Virus record (IMG/VR): IMGVR_UViG_3300012928_000001
Coordinates: 1 to 64,000 of that record
Source of the DNA: a virus
DNA: 64,000 nt
Direction: 5' to 3' (one strand)
Part shown: positions 8,749-19,979 of the stretch, piece by piece
Numbering within the stretch: the first letter of the stretch is position 1
How the letters are laid out: each line of letters starts with the position of its first letter
Program-made: the position numbers and the translations under genes
The notes under the pieces: model-generated
Seen by the model: the letters and a program-made list of their open reading frames with translations, nothing else
Told to the model about the DNA's origin: nothing
The model's database searches: none

Positions 8749-8855
8749 CTTTTTTCGAAAAATCGCCAGATTGCTCTTGCACAACCTGCACAACTTCGAG
8801 TAAGGTTCTTTCACCGGGGGCGAGAGAGACCGCTCCCAAGAAAGCAGACAAGATC

Positions 8856-9188
8856 ATGGCCCTTCCCAAGACCTCCCCCGCCCTCCCCGCCCTGACCCTC
8901 GCCATCCTCGCCGCCGATGGCCGCGAGCTCCGCGAGGCCATGTTCCCGAGCGCCAAGACCGCGGGCGACGCGCTCAAGGCGCTGGGCGCCAAGCGCCACG
9001 GCCGCTCCCGCGTCTTTGACGTCGAGTACGCCGGGCGCACCATGACCGTTCAGATCCACAAGATGGGGCACAACGCGTTCCGCGTTTGGCGCATCGACCA
9101 GCTTCAGGCTTTCTGGGCCGAGACCGTGAGCGAGAGTGTCCTTTCGGACTACAGCGAGGGCCGCGCCGTGATCGAGTACATCGGCTAG
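8856..9188 (+). CDS. Early array hypothetical protein
   Basis: ATG follows copy 8; stop abuts copy 9. Confidence 0.7.
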   Translation: MALPKTSPALPALTLAILAADGRELREAMFPSAKTAGDALKALGAKRHGRSRVFDVEYAGRTMTVQIHKMGHNAFRVWRIDQLQAFWAETVSESVLSDYSEGRAVIEYIG

Positions 9189-9295
9189 AACTTTTTTCGA
9201 AAAATCGCCAGATACCACTTGCACAACTCGCACAACTTCGAGTAGAGTACTTTCACCGGGCGAGAGAGACCGCCCGCAAGAAAGCAGACAAGATC

Positions 9296-9538
9296 ATGAC
9301 CGCCAAGACCGCTCCCGCCCTCGTCGTCCCCGCCCTCTACGATGTCAAGACCCGCCTGATCCTGGTCCGCGTGAGCGACACGCGCAGCGAGCTTCGCATC
9401 GCTACCAAGCGCGGCGCGGTGCGCCCTTTGGCCAAAAACTCGTTCATCATGGACGCTGCACACGAAAACGCGCTCGCTTACGCCAAAACTCTGCACGCGA
9501 CCCCGGGCGAGCTGTTCGGCTGCGCCATCTACGCCTGA
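9296..9538 (+). CDS. Early array hypothetical protein
   Basis: ATG follows copy 9; stop abuts copy 10. Confidence 0.7.
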   Translation: MTAKTAPALVVPALYDVKTRLILVRVSDTRSELRIATKRGAVRPLAKNSFIMDAAHENALAYAKTLHATPGELFGCAIYA

Positions 9539-9646
9539 ACTTTTTTCGAAAAATCGCCAGATACCACTTGCACAACCTGCACAACTTCGAGTAATACTTA
9601 CTCACCGGGGGCGAGAGAGACCGCTCCCAAGAAAGCAGACAAGATC

Positions 9647-10102
9647 ATGACCACCGAGATCGTTACCACCCCCGCCCTCATCGACATCACCAACATGAGC
9701 GATGCCGCCCTCGACGCCCTACTGGGCCTGGAGCCGGCGCGAGAGCTCTACCGCGTCGAGTGCGGGGAGATGGAGCGCGCCCACGCCAAGTGCCTGTCTG
9801 AGCTCGCCAAGGGCGAGATCGGGGCCAAGGCCCTCCGCGCCGCGGTGGCCCGCGGAGCCCACCCCGTGGAGCTCCAAGACTGGGCGGTCAACGTCCTGCG
9901 CGAGGGCGGGATGCGCCGGGTCGGCCCCGCGCACGTCGCGCTCATGGACAAGGAGCTGCGCGTCGCCCGCTCCCTCAAGATCGAGGCCGACGCCGAGGGC
10001 CTGGAGACCTACCTGCGCGCCCGCCGCGCCAGCCACGGGCTCCCCCGTCTCACCCGCGCCGGCCGTGCGCTCATGTTCGCGCTCATCGCTTACAAGCTCT
10101 AA
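9647..10102 (+). CDS. Early array hypothetical protein
   Basis: ATG follows copy 10. Confidence 0.7.
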   Translation: MTTEIVTTPALIDITNMSDAALDALLGLEPARELYRVECGEMERAHAKCLSELAKGEIGAKALRAAVARGAHPVELQDWAVNVLREGGMRRVGPAHVALMDKELRVARSLKIEADAEGLETYLRARRASHGLPRLTRAGRALMFALIAYKL

Positions 10103-10242
10103 ACCCGGTCCGGGGCCCGATCTAGGGCCCCTCGCAGATTTTTCGAAAAAAGCTGGCGATTTCACTTGCACAACCTGCACAACTTCGGATAAGGTCTCTT
10201 CACCGGGCGAGAGAGACCGCCCGCAAGAAAGCAGACAGCACG

Positions 10243-10701
10243 ATGACCGCCAAGCCCGCCCCCGCCCCCACCTTCACCGACGACGTCACCACCCGCGCCA
10301 CCCTGCTCACCGGCAAGATCGGCGACGACTGCACGGTCCGTTACGATTTCGCCGAGTACTGGATCATGGTCGATGGCGACCATGTCAAGACCGACGGCAC
10401 GCGCGATGCGCTGCTCAACTCGCTTTCCAAGGCGACCACCCTGGCCGAGGCGCAGGAAGACGCGCGCAATGTTCGCAGGGTCCTCTCGGGCCGCGCCGGT
10501 TACGACCTGCGCAGCATCCGCCTGGTCCGTAAAGTCGGTTTCGTGGTCATTGCGTACGGTTTCGAGCAGGATCTGAGCGAGGACGGCGAAGGGGCGATCA
10601 TGGCCACTGAAAAGGTGCTCGCTGGGGAGCGCCCCACGCATGAGCCGCGCTCGCGCGACTTTTTCCGGGAGTTCATCGCGGCCCGCGCTGCCGCGGCTTG
10701 A
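10243..10701 (+). CDS. Early array hypothetical protein
   Basis: ATG follows copy 11; followed by terminator TAGGGCCCC-TGAC-GGGGCCCTA-ACTTTTTT. Confidence 0.7.
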   Translation: MTAKPAPAPTFTDDVTTRATLLTGKIGDDCTVRYDFAEYWIMVDGDHVKTDGTRDALLNSLSKATTLAEAQEDARNVRRVLSGRAGYDLRSIRLVRKVGFVVIAYGFEQDLSEDGEGAIMATEKVLAGERPTHEPRSRDFFREFIAARAAAA

Positions 10702-10841
10702 GGGAAGATCTAGGGCCCCTGACGGGGCCCTAACTTTTTTCTCAAAAATCGCCAGATACCCCTTGCACAACCTGCACAACTTCGAGTAGAGTACTTTCAC
10801 CGGGGGCGAGAGAGACCGCTCCCAAGAAAGCAGACAGACCG

Positions 10842-11231
10842 ATGCAGACCTGGAAATCCGACCACTCCGACGTCACTCCCATCGTTTACCTCATGAACAT
10901 TCTCGACACGTTCATGTCCCTGCTCGCCGTGGACGGCGAGCGCGAGGCCTACGGCGCGCTTTTCCGCTCCCGCTTCGACGGCGCCGAGATCCCGTTTTGC
11001 GAGGAGAGCGCCCGCGAGCTCGCCCTCGCGGAGATCGCGCCCCTGCTTTACGACTCCGCCGTCGACGGTGACCGCGCGCGGCGCGAGGGCTTCGACTTCC
11101 TCTTCGACGCGGAGCCCGCCGACTACTACCCCGGGCGCTACATGCGCGGCACCCCGCTGGACGCCTACGTGTGCCAGATGCTCGATCTCCCCTACCGCTC
11201 CGCCTTTCCCATGATCTTGATCGCCTGCTAA
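10842..11231 (+). CDS. Acidic early array hypothetical protein
   Basis: ATG follows copy 12; stop abuts copy 13. Confidence 0.7.
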   Translation: MQTWKSDHSDVTPIVYLMNILDTFMSLLAVDGEREAYGALFRSRFDGAEIPFCEESARELALAEIAPLLYDSAVDGDRARREGFDFLFDAEPADYYPGRYMRGTPLDAYVCQMLDLPYRSAFPMILIAC

Positions 11232-11335
11232 CTTTTTTCGAAAAATCGCCAGATACCCCTTGCACAACCTGCACAACTTCGACTAGAGTACTTTCACCGG
11301 GGGCGAGAGAGTCCCCGCCGAAAGCAGACAAGATC

Positions 11336-11626
11336 ATGGCCCGCAAGACCCGCAAGCCCGCCCGCGCCTACAAGCCCGCCCGCAAGACCCGCAAGCCCGC
11401 CTCCCGGCGCAAGAGCGGAAAGCAGATCATCGCGGACGCGTGGAACGCGGTTGAGTGCGCGATGGACTGGACCATGGCGTGCCTCGATGACATGCCGGAG
11501 CTGCTGGCCGAGGCCGAGGCCGAGGAAGAAGAGGCGCGCCGCGCGTACAAGCTCGCGGTGGCCACGCACGGCGCCAACATCCCCCCGGCCCTGCGCGCCG
11601 CGGCGATCGCCAAGTTCGCGGCATGA
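11336..11626 (+). CDS. Early array protein with basic repeat N-terminus and acidic helix
   Basis: ATG follows copy 13; (ARKTRKPA)x2 then EAEAEEEE. Confidence 0.7.
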   Translation: MARKTRKPARAYKPARKTRKPASRRKSGKQIIADAWNAVECAMDWTMACLDDMPELLAEAEAEEEEARRAYKLAVATHGANIPPALRAAAIAKFAA

Positions 11627-11737
11627 TCAACTTTTTTCGAAAAATCGCCAGATTGCTCTTGCACAACCTGCACAACTTCGACTAGAGTACTTTCACCGGG
11701 GGCGAGAGAGACCGCCTCCAAGAAAGCAGACAAGATC

Positions 11738-12064
11738 ATGACCATCGAGATCACCGTCACCACGACCGCCCCCGCCCCCCCCCGCGTCACCGCCAACCCC
11801 GAGTGGTCCAGCATCGGCGCCACCCCCGACGCCGAGAACACCTGCCCCGCGGAGCGCGCCCGTCCCGAGCGCAAGGGCCGCCTGGAGATCGTGTCTCTGA
11901 GCAACGACTCGGTTTGGTCCCTGACGGATTGCACCTTGGATCAGGCCCGGCACATCCTGGATCAGGTTCAGGCCACCGGCGACAAGGATGCTGCGCTCAT
12001 GGTGGGCGGCGCGTGGGACGTTCGCCCCGCGAACTACCTGATCACCCTGTACCGCTGCGCCTGA
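11738..12064 (+). CDS. Early array hypothetical protein
   Basis: ATG follows copy 14. Confidence 0.7.
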   Translation: MTIEITVTTTAPAPPRVTANPEWSSIGATPDAENTCPAERARPERKGRLEIVSLSNDSVWSLTDCTLDQARHILDQVQATGDKDAALMVGGAWDVRPANYLITLYRCA

Positions 12065-12164
12065 GATTTTTTTTTTATAAATCGCTTGCACAACCTGCAC
12101 AACTTCGAGTATATAGATCTGGCGGGGGCGAGAGAGACCGCCCCCGCCGAAAGCAGACAAGATC

Positions 12165-12473
12165 ATGCGCTACTCCCAGACCGCCCCCACCAAATCCGAT
12201 CTACAAGCGATCCGCGCGCTTGGAAAGTCCCTCAACCTTTCAAGCCCGCTACGCGTGCGCAAAAACGCCGGATCTCTGCGTTACAGCGCCACGGTCAAGT
12301 GCCTCGATATCTCGACTGGCGAGGCTATCGCCCTCCTTGAAGGACTGAGCGCGCTGGGTTTTGACAGTGGCGTCCCGGGGGGCAAGTTTGATCTGGCGCA
12401 CACCATTGCGCAGACGAAAACGCATGGGTTTACCACCGTCAATCTACAGGTGTCGCGCTGGGTGCGCGGGTAA
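12165..12473 (+). CDS. Early array hypothetical protein
   Basis: ATG follows copy 15. Confidence 0.7.
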   Translation: MRYSQTAPTKSDLQAIRALGKSLNLSSPLRVRKNAGSLRYSATVKCLDISTGEAIALLEGLSALGFDSGVPGGKFDLAHTIAQTKTHGFTTVNLQVSRWVRG

Positions 12474-12497
12474 GCACAACTGAAAGGATCTCGACCG

Positions 12498-12974
12498 ATG
12501 ATCGTCTACCGCGCCAAGATCAATCGTCCCGCCTCCACTCGCCGCCCCGCAACCGACACGCGCGGCATGGATCCTCGCGTCGCCGCGCAGCACCGCAAGC
12601 GCGACAGCACGGGCCTCGCTGCCGAGGGCAGCCACGCGGGCGGACCCTGCCCCGCTGTGTGCCTCGCGTCGCTCACTGGGTGGTCCTACGGGGAGGCCAG
12701 CACCTTCCTCGCCCAGTACGGCTATCGCCGCGCAGGGTTGACGAGCACGGCGATCAACCGGGCGATCGCCAAGGCCATCGACGCACCCACCCGCCGGCTT
12801 TCGATCTCCATTGGGGCCACGGTCGCGCAGGTCGCCCGCGAGTTCCAGCGCCAAGGCGCAACCGGCTGGATCTACTCCAGCAATCATGTGATGCCCGTCA
12901 TTGACGGCGAGATCCAAAACGCATCGAAAACTCAGTTGCGCATGAAGTGTGAGGAGGCCCATGCGTTCGTCTGA
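12498..12974 (+). CDS. Hypothetical protein, possibly papain-like (Cys...His) fold
   Basis: GPCPAVCLASLTGWSYGEA and later NHVMPVIDG; AAGGA upstream. Confidence 0.45.
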   Translation: MIVYRAKINRPASTRRPATDTRGMDPRVAAQHRKRDSTGLAAEGSHAGGPCPAVCLASLTGWSYGEASTFLAQYGYRRAGLTSTAINRAIAKAIDAPTRRLSISIGATVAQVAREFQRQGATGWIYSSNHVMPVIDGEIQNASKTQLRMKCEEAHAFV

Positions 12975-14268
12975 TACTCACCCGAGCTTCGCTATCGTGG
13001 CGGTCCGCGTGACCGCGTCGGAAGCATCAATCATCCAAGACTTACTGGCCCAACGTGGCAAGGATTTTGAACCGCTCGCGCGCAAGTTCGCCGCTGCAAT
13101 GACGCAGTGCATTTTCACTCGCGCCATGGATCGGGACTATCACAACGGACTCGACGAGCGCCGCAAATGGCTTGTCCGTGTCCCGCTGGACAGCAACCGC
13201 AAGCCCGGTGATTTCGTGAACGTCTCGCGCCGAGACTCCACTACATCATCGGTCAAGCTCGGTCCCATGATCCGCAAGGGCCACCGCTACGCCTACCACA
13301 CCACGGACCGCAAGCGAGCCGAGGGCGAGCCCAAGGCCGAACGGAAATACCGCTACTCGGAAGTGTGACTCACGCCCCCATTCGGCCTACAGAGAGATAC
13401 CTCCAATGACCGCTCACCACTACACGCCCGATCCCTCGATCCTCATCATCACCGGCCCGCAGTTCCGAAAGCAGACACGCGCCGAGCAGGTCGCCCAGTA
13501 TGACGCACAGTTGCGATTCATCATGGAGGCCATCGCCAACACTCCGACCACGCCGACAAAGCCCACCGACGTGATCGAGATCCGCGTGCTACTCACGCGG
13601 AAGCTCTTCACCGCCGTGCATGACGTGCTGAATCGGAACGGGTGGGAAGTCCACGAGGGCGAGCCCAACCCCGCGGGTCACCGCGGTGACGGTACATGGC
13701 CGATCATGCTGCGCCCGTCGATCGTGCGCGGGCCCAGCACGCGCACACAGCCCGTAGACACCGTCGAGAGCCCGCCGGCCGGCTGGGCGCCGCCCCCCGA
13801 CTGGATCCGCACTCGGGACGAAGCGCGCGCCCGTCTCGTGGCCGCCACGGAGGGCGAGGAATGAGCGGCGCGTGTCAGGCCTACTACGCCCCGATCACCA
13901 TCGGACCGCGTACCGGCGTGGTCATCGTGAGCGCCCCCGACAAGCCCACCGCGCGGCGCATGATCGCGGAGCACGTGCGGGATAACGTGCCCATTGAATC
14001 GCGCTACATCTCAGGCAAAGGTCTCTACATGGGGCCCAGCATGAACGCGATCCAACCCGTCAACGGCGACCCCGGTAAAGTCGTCTACTTCGATTCGGGG
14101 GTGTCCTGATGAGCCTCGCCGACGCCAAAGTGGGGGACCAGCTTGTCTGGGTTGCTGGGTTCCGCCGCCATCGCACAATCGTCACGGTCACTCGCGTCAC
14201 GGCCACACAGATCATCGTCGGGACGCGCAACAGGGTAGACCGGATCCGCAAGCGCAACGGTAGCGTCA

Positions 14269-16323
14269 TTGGCCGGAAAGGCTATCACTGCCCTACTGTC
14301 CGTGTGCCCCGCGAGGGAGAGCTCGACGAGATTCGAGCGGAGGAACGCAGGTCCGAAGGGCTGCGGCGAATCGTCGACTTCTTCGCCTACGCGGACGAGC
14401 GCCAACATATTTCGATCGAAGATCTCGACAAGATCTGGGAGATCATCAGTGGCTATCAAAAGCCCGATCCTGACAGTTGATCGAGTGGTCGCGGACATCT
14501 TCGTCCAAGATTACGGCGACCGCGAACGCATCATCAACTGGCTTCGAGGATTCTACACAAGCGAAAAAGGCTCGCTACTGACAACGCGGGAACGTGTGTC
14601 TGTCGGGATTGAGTATCTGATTGCTAATGGGTGCATCGAGACCGGTGATCTAGTGTACCTCAACGATCACGACGCATACCGAAACTGGTCCATCACTGAG
14701 TTCGGTCAGCTAGTCTATGAGTGCGTCGAGACCATCGAAAGCATACGGAAAACATGAGCGCGCCTGATCCCGATCTCGTCGACCTGTCCGCGGCGATCGT
14801 CCTCGATGTCCGAAACCCAACCTGGGAAATCGGCTATCGGGCATGGTGGCTAATGCAGCTCGCCAATCACGACGGGGGCGTGCCCGAGGACCTGGCCGGC
14901 TATCTCGATATGCTCAAACGCAAGCGCACCCAAGATTGGGGCGACTTGCAAAGGATGTCGGAGTGGCGGCCCTATGAGTTCAAGCGCTCCCAAGCCTGCC
15001 ACGCGATGCGTCAACTACAGCTCGCCGACGCGGCTCGATGGGAGCGCAACACGTGGCTCGCAACTCCACTCACTGAGCCGGTGCTAGATCGGTGCATGCT
15101 GATCCTGTCGATCAAGAAAGCCACGCACACATGATTACCCCAACACACGAGATGGTCCTCATTAGTGAGGCCGTTCATCGCCTCACAGAGAAGACACCGG
15201 ACGCGCCTATCCTGCTTTTCTGGACCGTGCTCATTGGCGAGTTTCGGGTGATCTCGAATGTCTCCCACTGGACCACCATCACGCACGAAGCGTTGCGGCC
15301 GGTGATTGGCTACACCGACTTTTTCGGGGAGCGTCTAACGGCCTACCAAGTCCGCGCAATGGATCACATCACGCGGATCAACTTCCTCGGCTCACTCGAC
15401 GCGATGCGGGTCATCGAGCGAATCCCCCACCGACGCAGCGGCGACCCCCTCGACTCCCCGCCCCAGGAGGCATGGACCATCACGCGAATCGGGGAGCGGG
15501 TCATCGAGGCAATCGAGACAATCCAGGCCATCCGCAACGATGCCAAGGTCACGGCCAAAGCCGGCACCCCGGAGTGGGCTGTCCAAGCCGCCCGCGTAGC
15601 CCAGCAACGCCAACGCGACTACTCCGTGGCCTATGCCACCCGGGAAGAGCTGGCCCAAGCTAGCGCGGATGCCCTCGGCCAACTATTCAAAAAGTACTAC
15701 CACACAGCGATCAAACTCTAATGCTGAATCACGATCAGATCATCGTTGTGCTGACTGCTAACGACATCTGGGCACGTCATTACGCGCACTGGATTCACAC
15801 AGTCGTTCGGTTCCGTGTTTGGTACGCGATCAAAAATCTCATCCCGGTGTACCACGATCGGAATGTCCGAGGACTCGACGCGGCGAGCTTCCGCCCCCGC
15901 CATTCGCTGCCTACACGCAATGAGCATACTCTCGCCGACGACGCTTTCAAGACTATCGCCGACCTGCGCAAAGCTGGCCTGATCAAGATCGTACACATTG
16001 ATGATGAGCCCTTCTATGCAGTGACCGACCTGTGTAAGCAGGTCGCCGCCACGCTAAAGACCATCGACGCAATCAAGCGCGACACCCGTCGCGCCGAAGC
16101 TGACAAGCTCTGCGAGAGCATCACCATCGAAGTGGACGGCGAGGCCATCGCGTATCAGCTCTCGGACCTACAGCGACAACTACAGTTGCCGGAGAATCAG
16201 AGCGCCAATATGCAGACCATCCTGAATCAGACCATCCTGAATCAGACCGCACACCTGAAAGCACTAGAGCCCCGCTCAGCTCGACTCGAACAGTTCATTG
16301 CCGACTTGGAGAAACCCGAATGA
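14269..16323 (+). CDS. Four tandem winged-helix-like paralogs (?-14757, 14754-15134, 15131-15721, 15721-16323)
   Basis: Each has a W/Y-x-[IAV]-T-x-x-(G) wing motif followed by an ETI-x-[AS]I-[RK]-like helix; overlapping start/stop codons. Start of the first is uncertain. Confidence 0.6.
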
Positions 16324-18192
16324 TCGTAATCAAGATCGAACTCTGGCCCGCCAGCTCTCCCAACCCCGAAGCCAACGCCCACGAGATCGGGCGGATGCAC
16401 ATCTCGAACGATGGGACGTGCACCGACCCCTCCCGCGGCTCCTACGATGTCCGTGTGATGCGTCGAGGGAAGCGCACCCAAGTCCAGCGCACCGCCCACG
16501 TGAGGCACTTCCCGAGGCGCAGCTACAACGTGTGGCGTCTGGTCCTGCGGGCCCTCGCCCTCGCGTTCCCCGAGGACTCGACCGGCCGCGGCCTCGACCC
16601 CTTGCCCAACCTGAACGCCGACCCCGGCGGAGAGCTCCCCACCCCCGCCGAGTGCGAGCCATTCGAGGAGTAGAGACGATGACCATCGAGCCCGACGATC
16701 CAACACTCACCCACGATCTACCCCTCCCCGTAGGAACGCACTACGAAAACCCGCCGATCTGTCCGTGGTGTGAGCAGATCGCAGACGATATCCCGTGGGA
16801 TTGGAACCTCAGTGATGGCGAATCTGCTGAGGCCGAGTGCGCACACTGTGAGAAGCCAATCACCATCACGTGCAACATCTCGGTCACCTACTCGACCACT
16901 GCCCGGCGTGACCCTCCCGACCCCACGCCAGAAGAGGACCCCGACCGATGAGCCCAATCAAGTCCCCCCGCAACCCTCAGTGTGACTCATGCATCCACTA
17001 CACGGAAGGGCCTCCCGTCGACTGTGCAGCTGTCCGCGCTGATCATCCCTACCGCAACATCGCAGTTGTCCACAAACTGTGGTCCGCCGATAACCCTATC
17101 TGCCCCGACCACGATCCTGGCCCCATCATGATCAAGTCCAACACTCCCGCGCTCCCCAACTGCGAGAGCTGCTCCCACTTCGTCGACTGCTACTCAGCCG
17201 AAGCCGACGGATGGTGCTCCGACCACAAGCCCCACCCAGACCTCGACGTCAAAATCGAGCGACTCCGCCGGACCCTACACGGCTCCCCTCCCGAGCCCAC
17301 CGAGCCCAACACCTTCACCCTCCCGCTCCCCCGAGCTCGCTGGGCTTGGGACCCCCGAGGGCTCGCCGTCCTGGGAGTCTCGTGGGAGTCTCACTACATG
17401 CGCGGCATCGACTTGACCCTACACATCATCGGGTTCGAGCTCACGCTACACATCGGCCCACGATGATCATCACCGCCGCGGAGTATGTGCGAGTCGCGTA
17501 TCTCGCCCACAAAGAAGAGATCGAGCAAGCCCTCAATATCGTCGAGCACACGCTAATCGAGAAAGGCCGCATCGTATCGCAAACTCGCGTCAAAATCTCA
17601 TGTACTCCCGAAGCGCGAAGGCTAGTCGTCGCTATCCTGGAGTACCGCGGGTACAGGGTAGAAGTCGACGGAGCGTCTATGTACGTCAATCCAGACCCAT
17701 CCATCACCGCGGAGACCCTCGCGGCCATCATCGACGAGACCCCCGGCCCGAGCCCACTCCCCCCACGAGACGCAGATGCAGCCCCACGAACTAGCTAGCC
17801 GAGTGATGGATGTCGAAGCGTACAAAAACACAGAGTACATCGACACACTACATGTTCGGGTAGAAACACCAAACAATCGGACCGTCGAGGATTGCTTGTT
17901 TGATCTACCCGTCGACGCGCATTTTGAAGATTTCTACAACGATCGTCACTACTGGCGAACTCTCAGTTTCACCGGCCGCACTGCTGACGAAGCGCTACGC
18001 CGGGCGAATGCTTGGATACGTCGACGGGACCGACTCAGGGCAGGGACCTACGGGGGGCAAGGGTGGACCGAGAGGCCCAACACAACGGAGCGCGACCCCG
18101 AGTTTTTGCGCCGGCTCGGTGATGGTGCGGAGTATGACGACGGGGACGAAACTTGACCCGTCACCACTAGTCGGCACACACTCGTCAGGGTC

Positions 18193-19062
18193 ATGAGTGC
18201 CGATCCCAAGACGACGAGCGCCCCGCCTGTCCAAGCCGCACAACTCGGCCCGGTATCCGTGGGGCCGTCGCCCGACAAAGGGCTACTTTGCCAACCTGAC
18301 GATCATGCACAGTCCGATGTGTGCGAACGCGATGGGTGTGAAGTCGAAGAGACCGATTCGAACACACTCGCGGATGACTGGGATGGGGGTACCGACTGCC
18401 CCGCATGGGTGCTCGAAGGCGAAGCGAAGTACCTACGCGGCGAGCTCTCTTCGCAAGGCGCCGTCGCGCAGTTCGTCGACCGCCCGCGGACCACGGTCTC
18501 GTGGTGGGCTACCAAACGCGAGTGGACTACCCGCCGTGCGGCGATCAAGGAAGCGGCTGCCGAGCGCCTGCGCAAGAGCATGGACAGCGCGGCCACTCAG
18601 GATTTGGTCGACAGCTTCGAGGCCATCGACCACGACACGGTCAAGGCCGGTCGCTTCGCTGCCCGGGTCACGCTCACATTCGTGACGCAGGTCGCCCAAG
18701 ATCAAGCGAGGCACGTGCGCCAGAAAAAGCGCGGCGTGTACATCCCCCCGGCGTTCCCTTCGAGCTTCCTCGCCATCGCCGAGCGGGCCGACGCGCTGCG
18801 CCCTCAGACCTCCGAGGAGAGCGAGCAAAAGACCGCGCTCGACGAGATGGCCGAGGCCCTGAACCCTCGCCGTCGTGGTCGCACCGCGCTGGCCCTGCGC
18901 ATGCGCGAGGAGGAGGCCAAGCGAGCTCGCGCCGCCGGCATGATGCCGCCCACGGTGAAAGTCGAGCTCGCCACGGTCGCAAGCGAGGCGGAGATCGCCG
19001 AGGAGAGGCCCGACGACAAGGGGCCGGCTCCAGAGCTCGACAAAGATCGTGTGACTCACTAG
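18193..19062 (+). CDS. Probable terminase small subunit
   Basis: HTH pattern YLRGELSSQGAVAQFVDRPRTTVSWWATKREWTTRR followed by long helices, as in TerS N-terminal domains. Confidence 0.5.
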   Translation: MSADPKTTSAPPVQAAQLGPVSVGPSPDKGLLCQPDDHAQSDVCERDGCEVEETDSNTLADDWDGGTDCPAWVLEGEAKYLRGELSSQGAVAQFVDRPRTTVSWWATKREWTTRRAAIKEAAAERLRKSMDSAATQDLVDSFEAIDHDTVKAGRFAARVTLTFVTQVAQDQARHVRQKKRGVYIPPAFPSSFLAIAERADALRPQTSEESEQKTALDEMAEALNPRRRGRTALALRMREEEAKRARAAGMMPPTVKVELATVASEAEIAEERPDDKGPAPELDKDRVTH

Positions 19063-19088
19063 CCGACATGGGCTAGTTAAGTGGGCCA

Positions 19089-19661
19089 ATGTCTAGCACC
19101 GACAAAGACCCCACTCACCGCACCATCTCGATCAAGGTCGACAACTACACCGCCACGCTCGGCGCCCTCACCCTGCTATTCGCCCTGGGCATCGCGGCCA
19201 TCCTCTTCGGGTGCCCTCGGCCGGAGCAGCCCAAGCCGGAGCCCGACACGACCGAGGCGAGCGACAGCGACGGCGACGGGGCCGACGAGGCCGCCACGGT
19301 CACGGAGAGCGGCGACACGGCGCCCGCCGAGCGCCCGGACCCCAGCATCCCCCAGGGGCAGCTGTGGGGCCCGTGCTTCCCTGACGCGAGCTGTGAGCAG
19401 CCGGCCGGGCTCACCCTGACCTGCGCCGCGACCATCGACGAAGACGGGGTGACGGGGGCCATCTGCGCGCCCATGCTCGACGAGAGCATCACGTGCGCCG
19501 ATCCCTTCCTGACCTTCGGCCAGCCCGAGACCATCGAGGTGATCGAGCAACGGGGCCATTGCATGATCAAGAGCCCGTGTCCCTGGGAGGGGATGATCAT
19601 CGGCACGGGCTCCGTGTGCGTCTGGCCCTGGGCTCTCGACCGAGCCCTCGCGTTGCTGTGA
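19089..19661 (+). CDS. Cys-rich putative lipoprotein, myxobacterial style
   Basis: Hydrophobic helix ending LFGC, acidic D/G/S/T linker, Cys-rich C-terminal domain. Confidence 0.6.
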   Translation: MSSTDKDPTHRTISIKVDNYTATLGALTLLFALGIAAILFGCPRPEQPKPEPDTTEASDSDGDGADEAATVTESGDTAPAERPDPSIPQGQLWGPCFPDASCEQPAGLTLTCAATIDEDGVTGAICAPMLDESITCADPFLTFGQPETIEVIEQRGHCMIKSPCPWEGMIIGTGSVCVWPWALDRALALL

Positions 19662-19691
19662 CTCGCTGACCTGCTCGGCCTACGGTAGGGC

Positions 19692-19979
19692 GTGACCCCG
19701 CGCCCTGAGACCGTCGCCCTTTTGGAGTTGCCCGCATCGGCCTTTGCGCTGTTGCGGGCTCTTGACATACACAGCCCTCAAACGGGCAGCGGCCTAATGG
19801 CGTGGACTCGGGACGCGACATTCATCATTCTTGCAGAGCTTCGAGAGTTAGGCCTCATTCGGAATGACGCTAAGCCCCCGCGCCGCCACGCGCTCTGGCA
19901 AATCACTGAATTGGGCCAGCAGGTCTTTGCCGAAGCGAAGCCCATCGTCGAGACCCTCCGCGCGGTCAAAGAGGCCTAG
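19692..19979 (+). CDS. Winged-helix-like paralog
   Basis: LAELRELGLI...LWQITELGQQV...ETLRAVKEA; GTG right after a class-2 promoter. Confidence 0.65.
   Translation: MTPRPETVALLELPASAFALLRALDIHSPQTGSGLMAWTRDATFIILAELRELGLIRNDAKPPRRHALWQITELGQQVFAEAKPIVETLRAVKEA

Larger units (their letters stand above)
1925..12164 (+). repeat. 15 dispersed copies of a ~105-bp promoter/5'-leader element (class 1)
   Basis: Consensus TTTTTTCGAAAAATCGCCAGAT-N3-4-TTGCACARCCTGCACAACTTCGAGTAGAGTACTTTCACCGGG(GG)CGAGAGAGACCGCYCSCAAGAAAGCAGACARGATC-ATG. Approximate copies: 1925-2028, 5001-5106, 5697-5800, 6642-6749, 7213-7316, 7836-7941, 8157-8260, 8750-8855, 9192-9295, 9541-9646, 10139-10242, 10735-10841, 11233-11335, 11632-11737, 12067-12164. 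Contains TTGCAC-N18-TAGAGT/TAAGGT (sigma70-like) and an A/T UP-like tract. Confidence 0.95.

Noticed and set aside
1925-12164. CRISPR array or integron attC array
   Set aside because: Repeats are ~105 bp, contain promoter and leader elements and are separated by whole ORFs of variable length; no attC R/L box symmetry and no cas or integrase gene in the window.
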